Under the pieces are notes generated by a model. That model had not been told where the DNA came from, searched no databases, and worked only from the letters and a program-made list of their open reading frames with translations. Position numbers and translations under genes: made by a program. A DNA stretch of 64,000 bases from the sequence record CP053388.1; one strand, written 5' to 3'. This DNA comes from Escherichia phage CMS-2020a. Below, piece after piece: positions 27,949-37,300 of the stretch (its first letter is position 1; every line of letters begins with the position of its first letter).

Positions 27949-28698
27949 TTAATTAGATAGGGGATCAATAAACCGCCGTGCTTCTTCCAGTTCTTCTGGA
28001 AAGTGGGCGGAAATAAGGCGCTCTGGAACGATTTCCATTAGCCAGATAGCGGAGAAAATTGCGCGTATGCGCTTGCTGCGGGGGATGGTGCGTAAACGCT
28101 CCAGAATCCACTCAAAATAGCTTTCCTGAATCGGGTTGAACTGCATGTCTCCCATATGCTTAAAGCTAACGAGAGAGTCATCCAGACGGGTTGTTGCGCG
28201 TCTGGCTAATTTCTCTTCAAATATCTCAATCAGTTCTGGCTGCCACAAATGCTGTGGGCGCGGCAGCTTGTCCCACAGCCGTCGTGCAGCTGCGGAAAGA
28301 ACGGTGGAGATAAAGTAGTCGTATGAGCAGCAATAGCGATCCGCAAACTGGCGTGCTTTCCATAGCGACGTTTTGTTGGCAGTCGACAACTCCTGATAAG
28401 GCAGACGTTTTAACCCGGTGGTGAACGGAGCTGTTTCAAAGTGTTCGCGACCGTGCGTCAGCATGATATTTGAGTACTGACGTTTGTATGCCTCCGTAAA
28501 AAGACAGGTGGCCATGAGAGGATGCATGTCGCGGTAATCAAACCACTTCGTCTCGAAGAGTTCAGCCTCGTCTTTACAGCGCGACAAACCAATGTTTTCA
28601 GCGACCCACTTGTCCATAACAGCGGTATTCCACTCTGTCATGAAGTCGTACTGGTCGTTGTCGATGGTATCGAAAAAGATTTGGCTCATGTGGCTCAC
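27949..28698 (-). CDS. hypothetical protein (249 aa), possibly replication-associated
   Basis: first ORF of helicase-primase operon, no motif recognised. Confidence 0.4.
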   Translation of the reverse strand: MSHMSQIFFDTIDNDQYDFMTEWNTAVMDKWVAENIGLSRCKDEAELFETKWFDYRDMHPLMATCLFTEAYKRQYSNIMLTHGREHFETAPFTTGLKRLPYQELSTANKTSLWKARQFADRYCCSYDYFISTVLSAAARRLWDKLPRPQHLWQPELIEIFEEKLARRATTRLDDSLVSFKHMGDMQFNPIQESYFEWILERLRTIPRSKRIRAIFSAIWLMEIVPERLISAHFPEELEEARRFIDPLSN

Positions 28699-28805
28699 CT
28701 GGTAGGTAGTTACTTACTTATCACAATGAGCGGATGATAGCGACTGGTGGCAGTTTTTGGAAGTGGAAACGGAAGGGAGTTGTTCTGGTGGTGTCTTTTA
28801 AAAGA

Positions 28806-28860
28806 CCTGCTTCCGTATATATTTAATAAGTTACTTATTATTTATATATACAGAAGCAGG
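28806..28860. repeat. 55-bp near-perfect palindrome, copy 1 (identical to 61526..61580)
   Basis: CCTGCTTCCGTATATATTTAATAAGTTACTTATTATTTATATATACAGAAGCAGG read at both loci. Confidence 0.9.
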
Positions 28861-28971
28861 CATAACTTGTCGTCTTAGACGCCCAGAAGCTCTACACTTT
28901 GAGCCTGTTAAATTGATTAAAAACTTATGTGTAAAATAGAACGCATTAGTCAGTAGCAAAGAGATGCAATA

Positions 28972-29739
28972 ATGGACGATTTATCGGTATACGCGAGATC
29001 ATTGGATAAGGCTAAATACTATGTTTACTGTCTCTATGATACAGAAGACAAGATGAAAAGACCGTTTTACATAGGAAAAGGCAAATCGACTCGTTGTCTC
29101 GATCACATCAAGTATCCCGATGACTCTCCCAAATCCATGCGGATCAAAGAACTTTTGGCTAATAAAAAATTAGGCATAGATATACTTCGTCATGGTATGG
29201 ATGAAACCACAGCCAAACTTGTTGAGGCGACATGCATCGACCTTATGGGGGTCGGAGAGCTTACGAATAAGGTACGAGGAAGTGGTTCCATGATGGGCAG
29301 AATATCACTGGACGCCTACCATCACTTAGTGCTGCAAGAGGAAACTGAAATTGCTCCTGATCACGCCGGTCTTGCCTTCCTGCTAAACAGCACCTACAAG
29401 TCAGGAATGTCCGCTCTGGCATTATATGAAGCTACGCGTGGCGTATGGGCAAAGGTTCCAAGAGACGAGAATCTCAAATATGCCTACGCTACATATGGTG
29501 GGCTGATAATGGAAGTTTATCAGATTGAATGCTGGGTCAAAGCCGGTTCTCAGCAGTACTTTACAAGGGATATAGCTCTTGGCCCCGACACAAAACGTTA
29601 TGAATTTGTTGGCAGAATAGCCGATGAGCATATTAGAAAACTGTATGTAGGCAAATTAATCAAGAAGCCACCAAGCTACGGTAGCCCTTTTGTGAAGGTT
29701 GGGGTGGTTAGGACTGAACATAGTGTTAGCGCGGCATAA
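28972..29739 (+). CDS. GIY-YIG domain protein (nuclease-family; homing-endonuclease-like or defence-related)
   Basis: N-terminal YVYCLYD...PFYIGKGKSTR...H matches GIY-(10-11 aa)-YIG spacing; + strand gene among minus-strand modules. Confidence 0.5.
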   Translation: MDDLSVYARSLDKAKYYVYCLYDTEDKMKRPFYIGKGKSTRCLDHIKYPDDSPKSMRIKELLANKKLGIDILRHGMDETTAKLVEATCIDLMGVGELTNKVRGSGSMMGRISLDAYHHLVLQEETEIAPDHAGLAFLLNSTYKSGMSALALYEATRGVWAKVPRDENLKYAYATYGGLIMEVYQIECWVKAGSQQYFTRDIALGPDTKRYEFVGRIADEHIRKLYVGKLIKKPPSYGSPFVKVGVVRTEHSVSAA

Positions 29740-29791
29740 AGCTGACACTGTAGTTATGCATTGGCGCAATGTACGCGCCAATGCATGATTT

Positions 29792-30151
29792 TTAACCTTT
29801 CTTCATCAACTCTCGTTTGATTTCATCGGTACGCATCGTGACATCGGCAGCGGTGATCGCCTCATTCAATTTCACGATGTCCTCGATTTCCTGCGGTGAC
29901 TTCTCTGCCAGATGGAAAATGGCTGCTCGAATCACGTCAGAACGAGTGAACTTCTCGAAGCGAGGGATGAACTTCATCATCTCCAGCAGTTCGAAGTATT
30001 CGTCCTCCAGTGACATTGTGCGGCTTTTAATTTTCTCTTTGCCACGAGTCGGGCGTCCCTGTGGTCTGACTGGTTGGCGCAAAGGAGTTGTGTTCTTAGC
30101 CGGTGCATCAGGCTCTTTGCGCTTTGCTAGGTCACCCATTTTCATGGACAT
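29792..30151 (-). CDS. ribbon-helix-helix centromere-binding protein (ParG-like small partition protein)
   Basis: 119 aa, basic N-terminal tail, RHH-like segment MSLEDEYFELLE; start overlaps parA stop. Confidence 0.5.
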   Translation of the reverse strand: MSMKMGDLAKRKEPDAPAKNTTPLRQPVRPQGRPTRGKEKIKSRTMSLEDEYFELLEMMKFIPRFEKFTRSDVIRAAIFHLAEKSPQEIEDIVKLNEAITAADVTMRTDEIKRELMKKG

Positions 30152-30819
30152 TATTCTTCTTCCTCCAGACTCAACAGATAATCTACAAATTCTTCAAACT
30201 CGGCTTCCGCCTTTTTGTCGCGCTCGCTACCGGTCATTTCAAAGATAGAACGACCAGACTCTTCCGCATCATCATAGACGTTGCGGTTATACAGATTGAC
30301 TGGCGCAGACTCGATTCCAAACGTCTCAACAATCTCTTTAGCCGCCAGAATGCGAGACACTTGTGATGGCAAAGCCGGGCACTGGTTCATGACCGCGCGG
30401 ACCTTCACTTTATCGTTTACATTGCGAACATTGTCGATAATAGGATCGATGTCACGTAAAGATTTCAAATCACGACGCTTAGGACGCAGCGGGATAATGA
30501 TAACGTCAGCCATCAGCATCGCTTGTCGCTGAATTTCGGAGTCGAAGCCACCAGCATCTACCACTACAAACTCAGCTCTACCCTGAAGCGATTTTAGGTG
30601 CTTAATGATGTCATCCTGAACGTATGCAAAAGGAATCAGCTCAAGGTCTTCGTTCTGTCGACGGTCTTCACACCAGCTCGTTGTCGTGCGCTGAATATCT
30701 ATATCGGTAATATAAACCTTCTTCTTCTTTTTGACTTTCAGGCAAACGGCAATTTGCTGGGCAACGGTGGATTTGCCAGGCCCGCCCTTTGTGCCGCCAA
30801 CCACAAAGATCTTGGTCAT
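30151..30819 (-). CDS. parA: ParA/Soj-family partition ATPase (short type Ib)
   Basis: deviant Walker A GGTKGGPGKST; 222 aa. Confidence 0.8.
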   Translation of the reverse strand: MTKIFVVGGTKGGPGKSTVAQQIAVCLKVKKKKKVYITDIDIQRTTTSWCEDRRQNEDLELIPFAYVQDDIIKHLKSLQGRAEFVVVDAGGFDSEIQRQAMLMADVIIIPLRPKRRDLKSLRDIDPIIDNVRNVNDKVKVRAVMNQCPALPSQVSRILAAKEIVETFGIESAPVNLYNRNVYDDAEESGRSIFEMTGSERDKKAEAEFEEFVDYLLSLEEEE

Positions 30820-31137
30820 TGGAGAGTTCCCTTTGCGTATATAATTATCGTCTGAAACAACTTGTTTTCTTATATGTGATATAGCCTAAATGCCTACGGC
30901 TGCGGTGTAAAGGTTAAATGGTAGGTTGTGATTAACAATTGGCAATCATAGCTTGTATTTGTCTGTTGAAAAAAGTAACAATGACCTCTATATTACAAGT
31001 ACGGTGATATGCCGTACACAATTTGATAATGCACACGTAATGGGCTATAGCCTTTTAAAGTAATTTTTGAGTCGAAAACTCAGTTTGAACAGAGGAGATT
31101 GATGGCCTTCCTACATCACGGCCATCAGGAGGAATAC

Positions 31138-31407
31138 ATGTCAGCACTAAAAAAGCAGCGCATCGATTTGAGATTAACCGATGACGATAAAAGCATCATC
31201 GAGGAAGCTGCCGCAATGTCTAACCAGAGCATTACTCAGTTTATGGTTAGCAGTGCATCTGAACGTGCCGTGAAAGTTATAGAGCAACACCGTAGACTAG
31301 TTCTGAATGAAGAATCCTGGAATCTGGTTATGGACGCTATAAGCAATCCTCCGGCACCGAACGACAAGCTGAAACGAGCTGCTGATCGTCTGAAAAGCAT
31401 GGAGTAG
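31138..31407 (+). CDS. DUF1778-type (TacA-like) RHH antitoxin
   Basis: small ORF 8 bp upstream of GNAT gene; start set at ATG 31138 with AGGAGG RBS. Confidence 0.6.
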   Translation: MSALKKQRIDLRLTDDDKSIIEEAAAMSNQSITQFMVSSASERAVKVIEQHRRLVLNEESWNLVMDAISNPPAPNDKLKRAADRLKSME

Positions 31408-31414
31408 TTTACTC

Positions 31415-31936
31415 GTGAGCAATACAACGATAGAGATTTTCTCTGGAGAGAAAGATTATGATCTAAACGGTTTTGATTGCGGCGAAGAGTCACTAAACGC
31501 CTTTTTAGCCAACCACTTAAAAAGGCAGCATGAGGGAAAAATTCTTCGTGCTTATGTGCTTTGCACTCAAGAAGAAAGGCCAAAAGTGCTAGGATATTAC
31601 ACTTTGTCAGGTAGTTGTTTTGAAAAGGAGTCCTTACCTTCAAGAAGCAAACAAAAGAAGGTTCCTTATCGGAATGTTCCAAGTGTTACTTTGGGTAGGC
31701 TGGCTTTGGACAAGTCCCTTCAAGGTCAAGGATTTGGCTCAATGCTTGTAACACATGCAATGCGCGTTGTGTACAATGCATCTCTTGCTGTAGGCATTCA
31801 TGGACTTTTCGTTGAGGCGTTAAATGACAAAGCCAAGGCGTTTTATAAAAGTTTAGGCTTTATCCAGCTGGTTGGTAACAACGAGCGTTCTTTGTTCTAT
31901 CCTACAAAATCTATCGAAAAATTGTTCGAAGAATAA
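31415..31936 (+). CDS. GNAT acetyltransferase toxin (TacT/AtaT-like)
   Basis: GNAT motif A LQGQGFGSMLV; operon arrangement with small upstream partner; GTG start. Confidence 0.65.
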   Translation: MSNTTIEIFSGEKDYDLNGFDCGEESLNAFLANHLKRQHEGKILRAYVLCTQEERPKVLGYYTLSGSCFEKESLPSRSKQKKVPYRNVPSVTLGRLALDKSLQGQGFGSMLVTHAMRVVYNASLAVGIHGLFVEALNDKAKAFYKSLGFIQLVGNNERSLFYPTKSIEKLFEE

Positions 31937-31968
31937 TGTGTTCCCCTCATTTGAGGGGAACTTCGACA

Positions 31969-32184
31969 TCACCAACCACAAACCCTCTCTCCCATCGTAT
32001 TGTGAAAAAGGATTTGGCGTTCGGTTTCTTCAGTCATTACATCATTATTGCTGATATAGATAGGCTCAGCCCCATCGCAGAACAACACGCTGGCTGTTTG
32101 TGGTTTAATGACGCACCCACTTATCATACAACTCACGATGAACGGCAGAAGCATCTTTCTGACGTATTTTACTGCTCGTCTCAT
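31969..32184 (-). CDS. o-spanin (Rz1-like outer-membrane lipoprotein) candidate
   Basis: signal peptide with lipobox ISGC; overlaps 3' end of i-spanin candidate. Confidence 0.45.
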   Translation of the reverse strand: MRRAVKYVRKMLLPFIVSCMISGCVIKPQTASVLFCDGAEPIYISNNDVMTEETERQILFHNTMGERVCGW

Positions 32185-32356
32185 TCACCACTTTCACTGT
32201 GTTTTGAAGTCGTTTTCTGTCTTCCTGTTTTGCCTTCTCTTCCATTGCTCGTCGCGCCGCATTCCCGCCCATCGTGTAAGCGCCGACAAGAACGAAAAGA
32301 ACGGCAGCCAGCGTAATCAAAGCAACTTTTAGCTTTGTCATCAGGCTGCCTAGCAT
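32105..32356 (-). CDS. i-spanin (Rz-like) candidate
   Basis: N-terminal TM helix then charged coiled-coil; immediately after lysin-like gene. Confidence 0.5.
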   Translation of the reverse strand: MLGSLMTKLKVALITLAAVLFVLVGAYTMGGNAARRAMEEKAKQEDRKRLQNTVKVVNETSSKIRQKDASAVHRELYDKWVRH

Positions 32357-32357
32357 A

Positions 32358-33077
32358 TTAGACCATCCCTTTCTGGTGTCTTCTTACCTGCGACCAGGCA
32401 ATGAATCCGGCCACAACAATAGTGGCAATGCCGAAGATGATGCGTACTGTATCCCCGCTAGAGATATGACCTTGTGCCTTATCCATAGCAGCGGAAACCT
32501 GCGGCATAACATCGGCCAGCTGCGCCAGACCAATACCTGCTGTAACAGTTGCGCCTGCGGTTTCTTTAGTTACAGGAACAGCCTTCACGGTTTTCACCGG
32601 CTTAACAACGCCAGCTCGACGCAGACCTTCCTCAATAACTTCTGCCGCATACCAGGTGTTCAGCGTTTTTAGCGGGCCTCGGCCATTCTCGTGGCGAATG
32701 ATTGCCTCAACCAAAGGTCGAAGGATGTCGTAATCATGCAGATCGATGATCATGTCTGCGGTTACACCAACGGCTTTAGACACCTCATTAATGTAGGCGT
32801 CAGTATTGTTTTCATTCGGCGGTGCCCAGCGTTCAATAACTTCACGAATGGTATCGATACTTGTGCCGTCTTTTGCGCGACGTTTATCGTGGTAGGTAAT
32901 TAGAGTCACCGCCAGCGCACGAATCCCCCAAACAGGGTCTTTAAACGTGCAAAAGCGCGGTTCGGCAGGGTTGTCGATTAGCCCCTGCCACGGCGAACCT
33001 TTGTCGAGGTTGCCAGGGTTGTTATTACGAATGCCTCTCGGAGTTTTCATCCTTGATCTCCTGTTATTGCAGTCCAT
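32358..33077 (-). CDS. putative cell-wall hydrolase / endolysin with C-terminal membrane anchor
   Basis: position in lysis cassette upstream of spanins; C-terminal hydrophobic helix; catalytic family not identified. Confidence 0.4.
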   Translation of the reverse strand: MDCNNRRSRMKTPRGIRNNNPGNLDKGSPWQGLIDNPAEPRFCTFKDPVWGIRALAVTLITYHDKRRAKDGTSIDTIREVIERWAPPNENNTDAYINEVSKAVGVTADMIIDLHDYDILRPLVEAIIRHENGRGPLKTLNTWYAAEVIEEGLRRAGVVKPVKTVKAVPVTKETAGATVTAGIGLAQLADVMPQVSAAMDKAQGHISSGDTVRIIFGIATIVVAGFIAWSQVRRHQKGMV

Positions 33078-33399
33078 TCTTCACGCCATAAGCGGCCAGA
33101 CCCAGCAGCAGCGCGGTAATCAGGAACGACGTTATCTTTGAGATAATGCCGCCAAAGAACCCGCTGGAGATGGCGTCTAGCCGATTAAGTAGTTTGTCCA
33201 GGTTGGAGTGCTGAATGCTGTGTTGCGAAGGCGTCATATCGCCAAAGTAGGTTTTGAGCTGGTCGTTGACCTCCTGGCCAATTTCCTCACGCAACTCCTT
33301 ACCTAATTTGCCGACAACTTCACGCGCAACGATAGCGGCAATGCGCTCTACCTGCTCTGGCGTTACGCCTGCCATCTCGTTCGACATTATTTCCTCCAT
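33064..33399 (-). CDS. holin-like membrane protein candidate (111 aa)
   Basis: C-terminal TM helix, first gene of lysis cassette. Confidence 0.35.
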   Translation of the reverse strand: MEEIMSNEMAGVTPEQVERIAAIVAREVVGKLGKELREEIGQEVNDQLKTYFGDMTPSQHSIQHSNLDKLLNRLDAISSGFFGGIISKITSFLITALLLGLAAYGVKNGLQ

Positions 33400-33461
33400 G
33401 AATCGTCAAATCGGGATGGCGGTTTTATATCATAAAACGCCCACACTTGGTAGGTAAGTAC

Positions 33462-34244
33462 TTACACATGAGCGCCGTAAATTGCCCCAGCTTTAGTCCA
33501 TGTAGGCGCGTTGCCAGTTACGGCTTTACCAGCTGCTCCGCCGTTATATTCTGTACCGTTACCTTGAGTATTACATCTTCCTCCAGCAGCACCGACATTA
33601 CCACCCGAACCGCCTGTATATGCACTAAGAGACCCCTCACCAACAGATCCTTTACCAGGAGCGGAAATAGTACCAGCAGTTGCACCGGAACTCATATGAG
33701 AGGAAGACCCACCAGCACCGAATGGGCGACCACCGCCACCACCAAATATTAGTTTACCCCTGTTACCGCCGCCACCGCCGCCGCCACCTCCAGCGATTGC
33801 ACCATTATTCGTAATACGCAAGCGTGTACCGATGCCATTATTAATTGCGTTACCACCAGCAGCACCGGCAGCGTTACTACCACCATTGCCACCGCGTCCA
33901 TAGACAGTCACACCTGCGTTGATTACAAGGCTGATATAAGAGTTGGTAAGTGAACTCGGGAAATCTAAACATGGCACGCCGCTACTGGACGACACCAGAT
34001 CCCCTGTAATGGTAACAACGACTGGCGTCGCCCCCTGGGATTTTAAATAGTTGATCAGTGTGTCTTTGTTGTAGTTATGATTCGCACCGATGCTGTAATG
34101 AATTTCCTTAGAACGACCTGCTAACTGAGACATATTCCCAGCAGCAGACAATTGCACCGCCGTTCGAGCTGCACTCATCCATCTCTGGCCTGTCACACTG
34201 ACAGCCGAAGACCCAATCCAACCGGGAACACCGACAATTGGCAC
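33462..34244 (-). CDS. glycine-rich protein downstream of side tail fibre (fibre-associated or receptor-binding accessory)
   Basis: poly-Gly runs; start reassigned to GTG 34244 with AAGGAG RBS (track ORF starts 34301). Confidence 0.45.
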   Translation of the reverse strand: MPIVGVPGWIGSSAVSVTGQRWMSAARTAVQLSAAGNMSQLAGRSKEIHYSIGANHNYNKDTLINYLKSQGATPVVVTITGDLVSSSSGVPCLDFPSSLTNSYISLVINAGVTVYGRGGNGGSNAAGAAGGNAINNGIGTRLRITNNGAIAGGGGGGGGGNRGKLIFGGGGGRPFGAGGSSSHMSSGATAGTISAPGKGSVGEGSLSAYTGGSGGNVGAAGGRCNTQGNGTEYNGGAAGKAVTGNAPTWTKAGAIYGAHV

Positions 34245-34310
34245 ATCTAATCTCCTTTTTGATGTGAATATCCTGAATTGGTGAGGGTGGCCCCTCACCA
34301 TTCACCTTGA

Positions 34311-37300
34311 TTACATTTTTGCCTTCAGTTCGCGCACTTCCTCGCGCAGCTCTTTGACAGCCTCGACCAACATGCCGATAACGCCGTTGTAGTTAAGACG
34401 CAGACGAGGCTCTCCTGACTGATCGTTATGGTCAACCGTTACCAGTTCAGGCTGAACATTCTGGACGTCCTGAGCGATGAGGCCGCCAGACTGCTCATAC
34501 CGGTCACAGACCTGAATCTCGTACAGAACACCTTCGATCCGATCCAGCTTGTCGAGCGCTCGTTCAATCTTGCGAATATTGCGTTTGCTACGACGGTCAG
34601 AGCGGATATAAACGTCATTAAAGCTGCCATTACCGCCACAAACCCAAGTACCATCATTCTGGAGGTATGCGTTCGCATCCGTGCCGTTTGCGGTACGTGA
34701 GTTGTTGATCATGTAAAAACCAAACTGACTGTTTCCCAAGCCACCCAAGAAGAATTTGCGATCCGCGTGGTCTTGTCTCAACAACGCTTGTGCAGAGCTT
34801 GTACTTACAGCGTTCCTCCCGAAGATGACGTTCTGGTTACGCATATCTATCCACGCGCCAGAGCCGCTGTTGATGGAAAAACGGTTGGCGTAAACCCACG
34901 CACTTGACGTGATGTCACCCGTTACACTCAACGGCTTAAGGCTTTGCAGCGTGCTATTAACGAACCTAAAAACATGGGCGCTATTGGCGTAAACATCCAG
35001 AATGCCATCTCCGTTCTGTTTAAAGCCGGTGTCATTGTCACCCAGAACAATGGAATTACCGCCAAGAGCACTGGATGTACCGATGCCCAGTGCACCATTC
35101 AATTGACCTCCAGATAATGATAACGCCCCAACATCAGCAGCAGTCGGTTTAATGTGCGAACTGTAAATTACATATACAGTTCCATCTGTCAGGCCTGTTG
35201 GTTTATTCGCTGTATAAGTTGGTGATGTATGAATCGTTACGCTGGCGTTACTGGTATAATCCCACTGGATATTAACACCTGTGGCGTAATTACCTATTTC
35301 TACATAAATGTCATAGGTATCACCGGATGTATTCACCCATGCAAAATTAGTAAATCCAACCGAGGTCCGTCGCCATAATGCACCAGTAATACCTTTGGGG
35401 TTCCCATTTCCTGCACGCAGAACCAGCTCAGAGATGCCTGCTTGCTGCGGGGAGCCAACGTTAAACCCTGCGCCACCAATCAGGCTTATGTAAACCACGG
35501 AACTGGCTTGTGGCATGGTTACAGTTGCCAGCTTGAACCATCCGGCACCACCACTAAAAGACATTGTTGCTGAGTTGATCGTGCCTATAGACCTTGGAGT
35601 TAGCTCAATATTTTTAGAACCGTCAAACGACACCCCATTTATAGTTCTAGCGGTTTGTAACTTGGTCGCTGTCGCTGCATTACCGGTTGTGTTCTGGTTA
35701 CCAGCAATGTTTACACCCGGCAGGTTGATATTGGCGGAGCCATCGAATGACACGCCGCCTATTGTGCGTGCTGTTTGCAGTTTTGTTGCAGTTGCAGCAT
35801 TACCGTTCAAACTACCATTGATGCCGCCAGTAACATTGAGTCCATTACCGATCGTAACAGCACCGCTGGTATTATTAATTATAATAGGTCGCAAACCGTT
35901 CCATGAACCTAATGTGTCTCCTGATGCTGTTAGCATGAAATATGTGTTCGATCCATCATTACGGATAAAGAATCCATAGTTGCCATAGGCAATGCGCAGA
36001 CCATTCGCCGATTTTGAAATAATCTCGCCAGCAGCAGTTAATCCGCCAGTTAACGCTCCTCCAGAAAGCGATAATGCTCCTACATCAGAAGCTGTTGGTT
36101 TGTTTCTAGTGTTATAAGAACGACGCCAGCCTGGCGCGTAATCACTGCCATTGTACACATAAATAAATTCCGCATTGTTAACACCACCATGACCCGATGT
36201 TGTTGTCGTTGTAACACGAATAGTGTAGTGGCTTGTTGCCTTATTACTAAACACCTCAATCACGGAACCAGATAGATCGATCCTACCGCAACCAGTGTCG
36301 TCTATATAATTATTGTTGGCGTAAGTCCATGAGCACCGTGCGATCCAATGTTTGTTTGTAAATGCCCCCTGATTATTTAGCCAAGTTATAAATTGAGCAG
36401 TCGTAAATGCCGTTCCGTTACCACTATTTAACCATCCAGCGGCAGCGGTTGGCGCGTTTATATCAGCCGGCTGAGGCATAAATCCAGTCGTGTAAACCTG
36501 CTCCCAACCACTTTCAAAACCATAGCCATCTCTTGAGGAACGGTAGAACAGACCACCATTTTTATAGTGAGCTTTAATTTGAAGCGTACGGCAACTACCT
36601 AAACCGGTATAAAAGTTGGCAAGAATATAACTGTGGCCTGTTCTATTTACATTATAAGCACCAGATTCAGCATTCCACGGCACGCCACCATCAGCATCCG
36701 CATATGACCCTGTTGCCCTTCTTGCGAAAGCGGCAACATGCGCAGCGGTTAAAGTGATATCAGTAGAACCATCAAATGGAACACCGGATATTTTTCTTAC
36801 CGTCTGAAGTTTTGTAGCAGTTGCAGCATTACCAGTGGTGTTCTGATTACCCGTAGTGTTTACACCTGGAAGGTTAATATTTGCAGAACCGTCGAAAACA
36901 ACTCCACCGATAGATCTTGCCGTCTGCAATTTCGTGGCTGTACTTGCATTACCATTCAATGAACCAGTTAATCCACCTGTAACAGACAACGGACCTGAAA
37001 CTGTTCCTCCGGTTGTTGGCAGTGCTCCAATATCTAACGGCGTCGGTTTCTGATGTGTGCTATACATCGTATAAACAACACCATCGGTAACGCTGGAAGG
37101 CTTACTCGCTGAATATGTTGGCGATGTATAAATAGAAACTGTCGCATTTGCAGTACAATCCCAATGGATATTTACACGAGTCGCATAATTGCCAATCTCA
37201 ACGTAAATATCATATGTATCGCCGGATGTGTTGATCCAGGCGAAATTCGTTAACCCGACGGCTGTACGCTTCCACAAAGCCCCGGTAATTCCTTTGGGGT

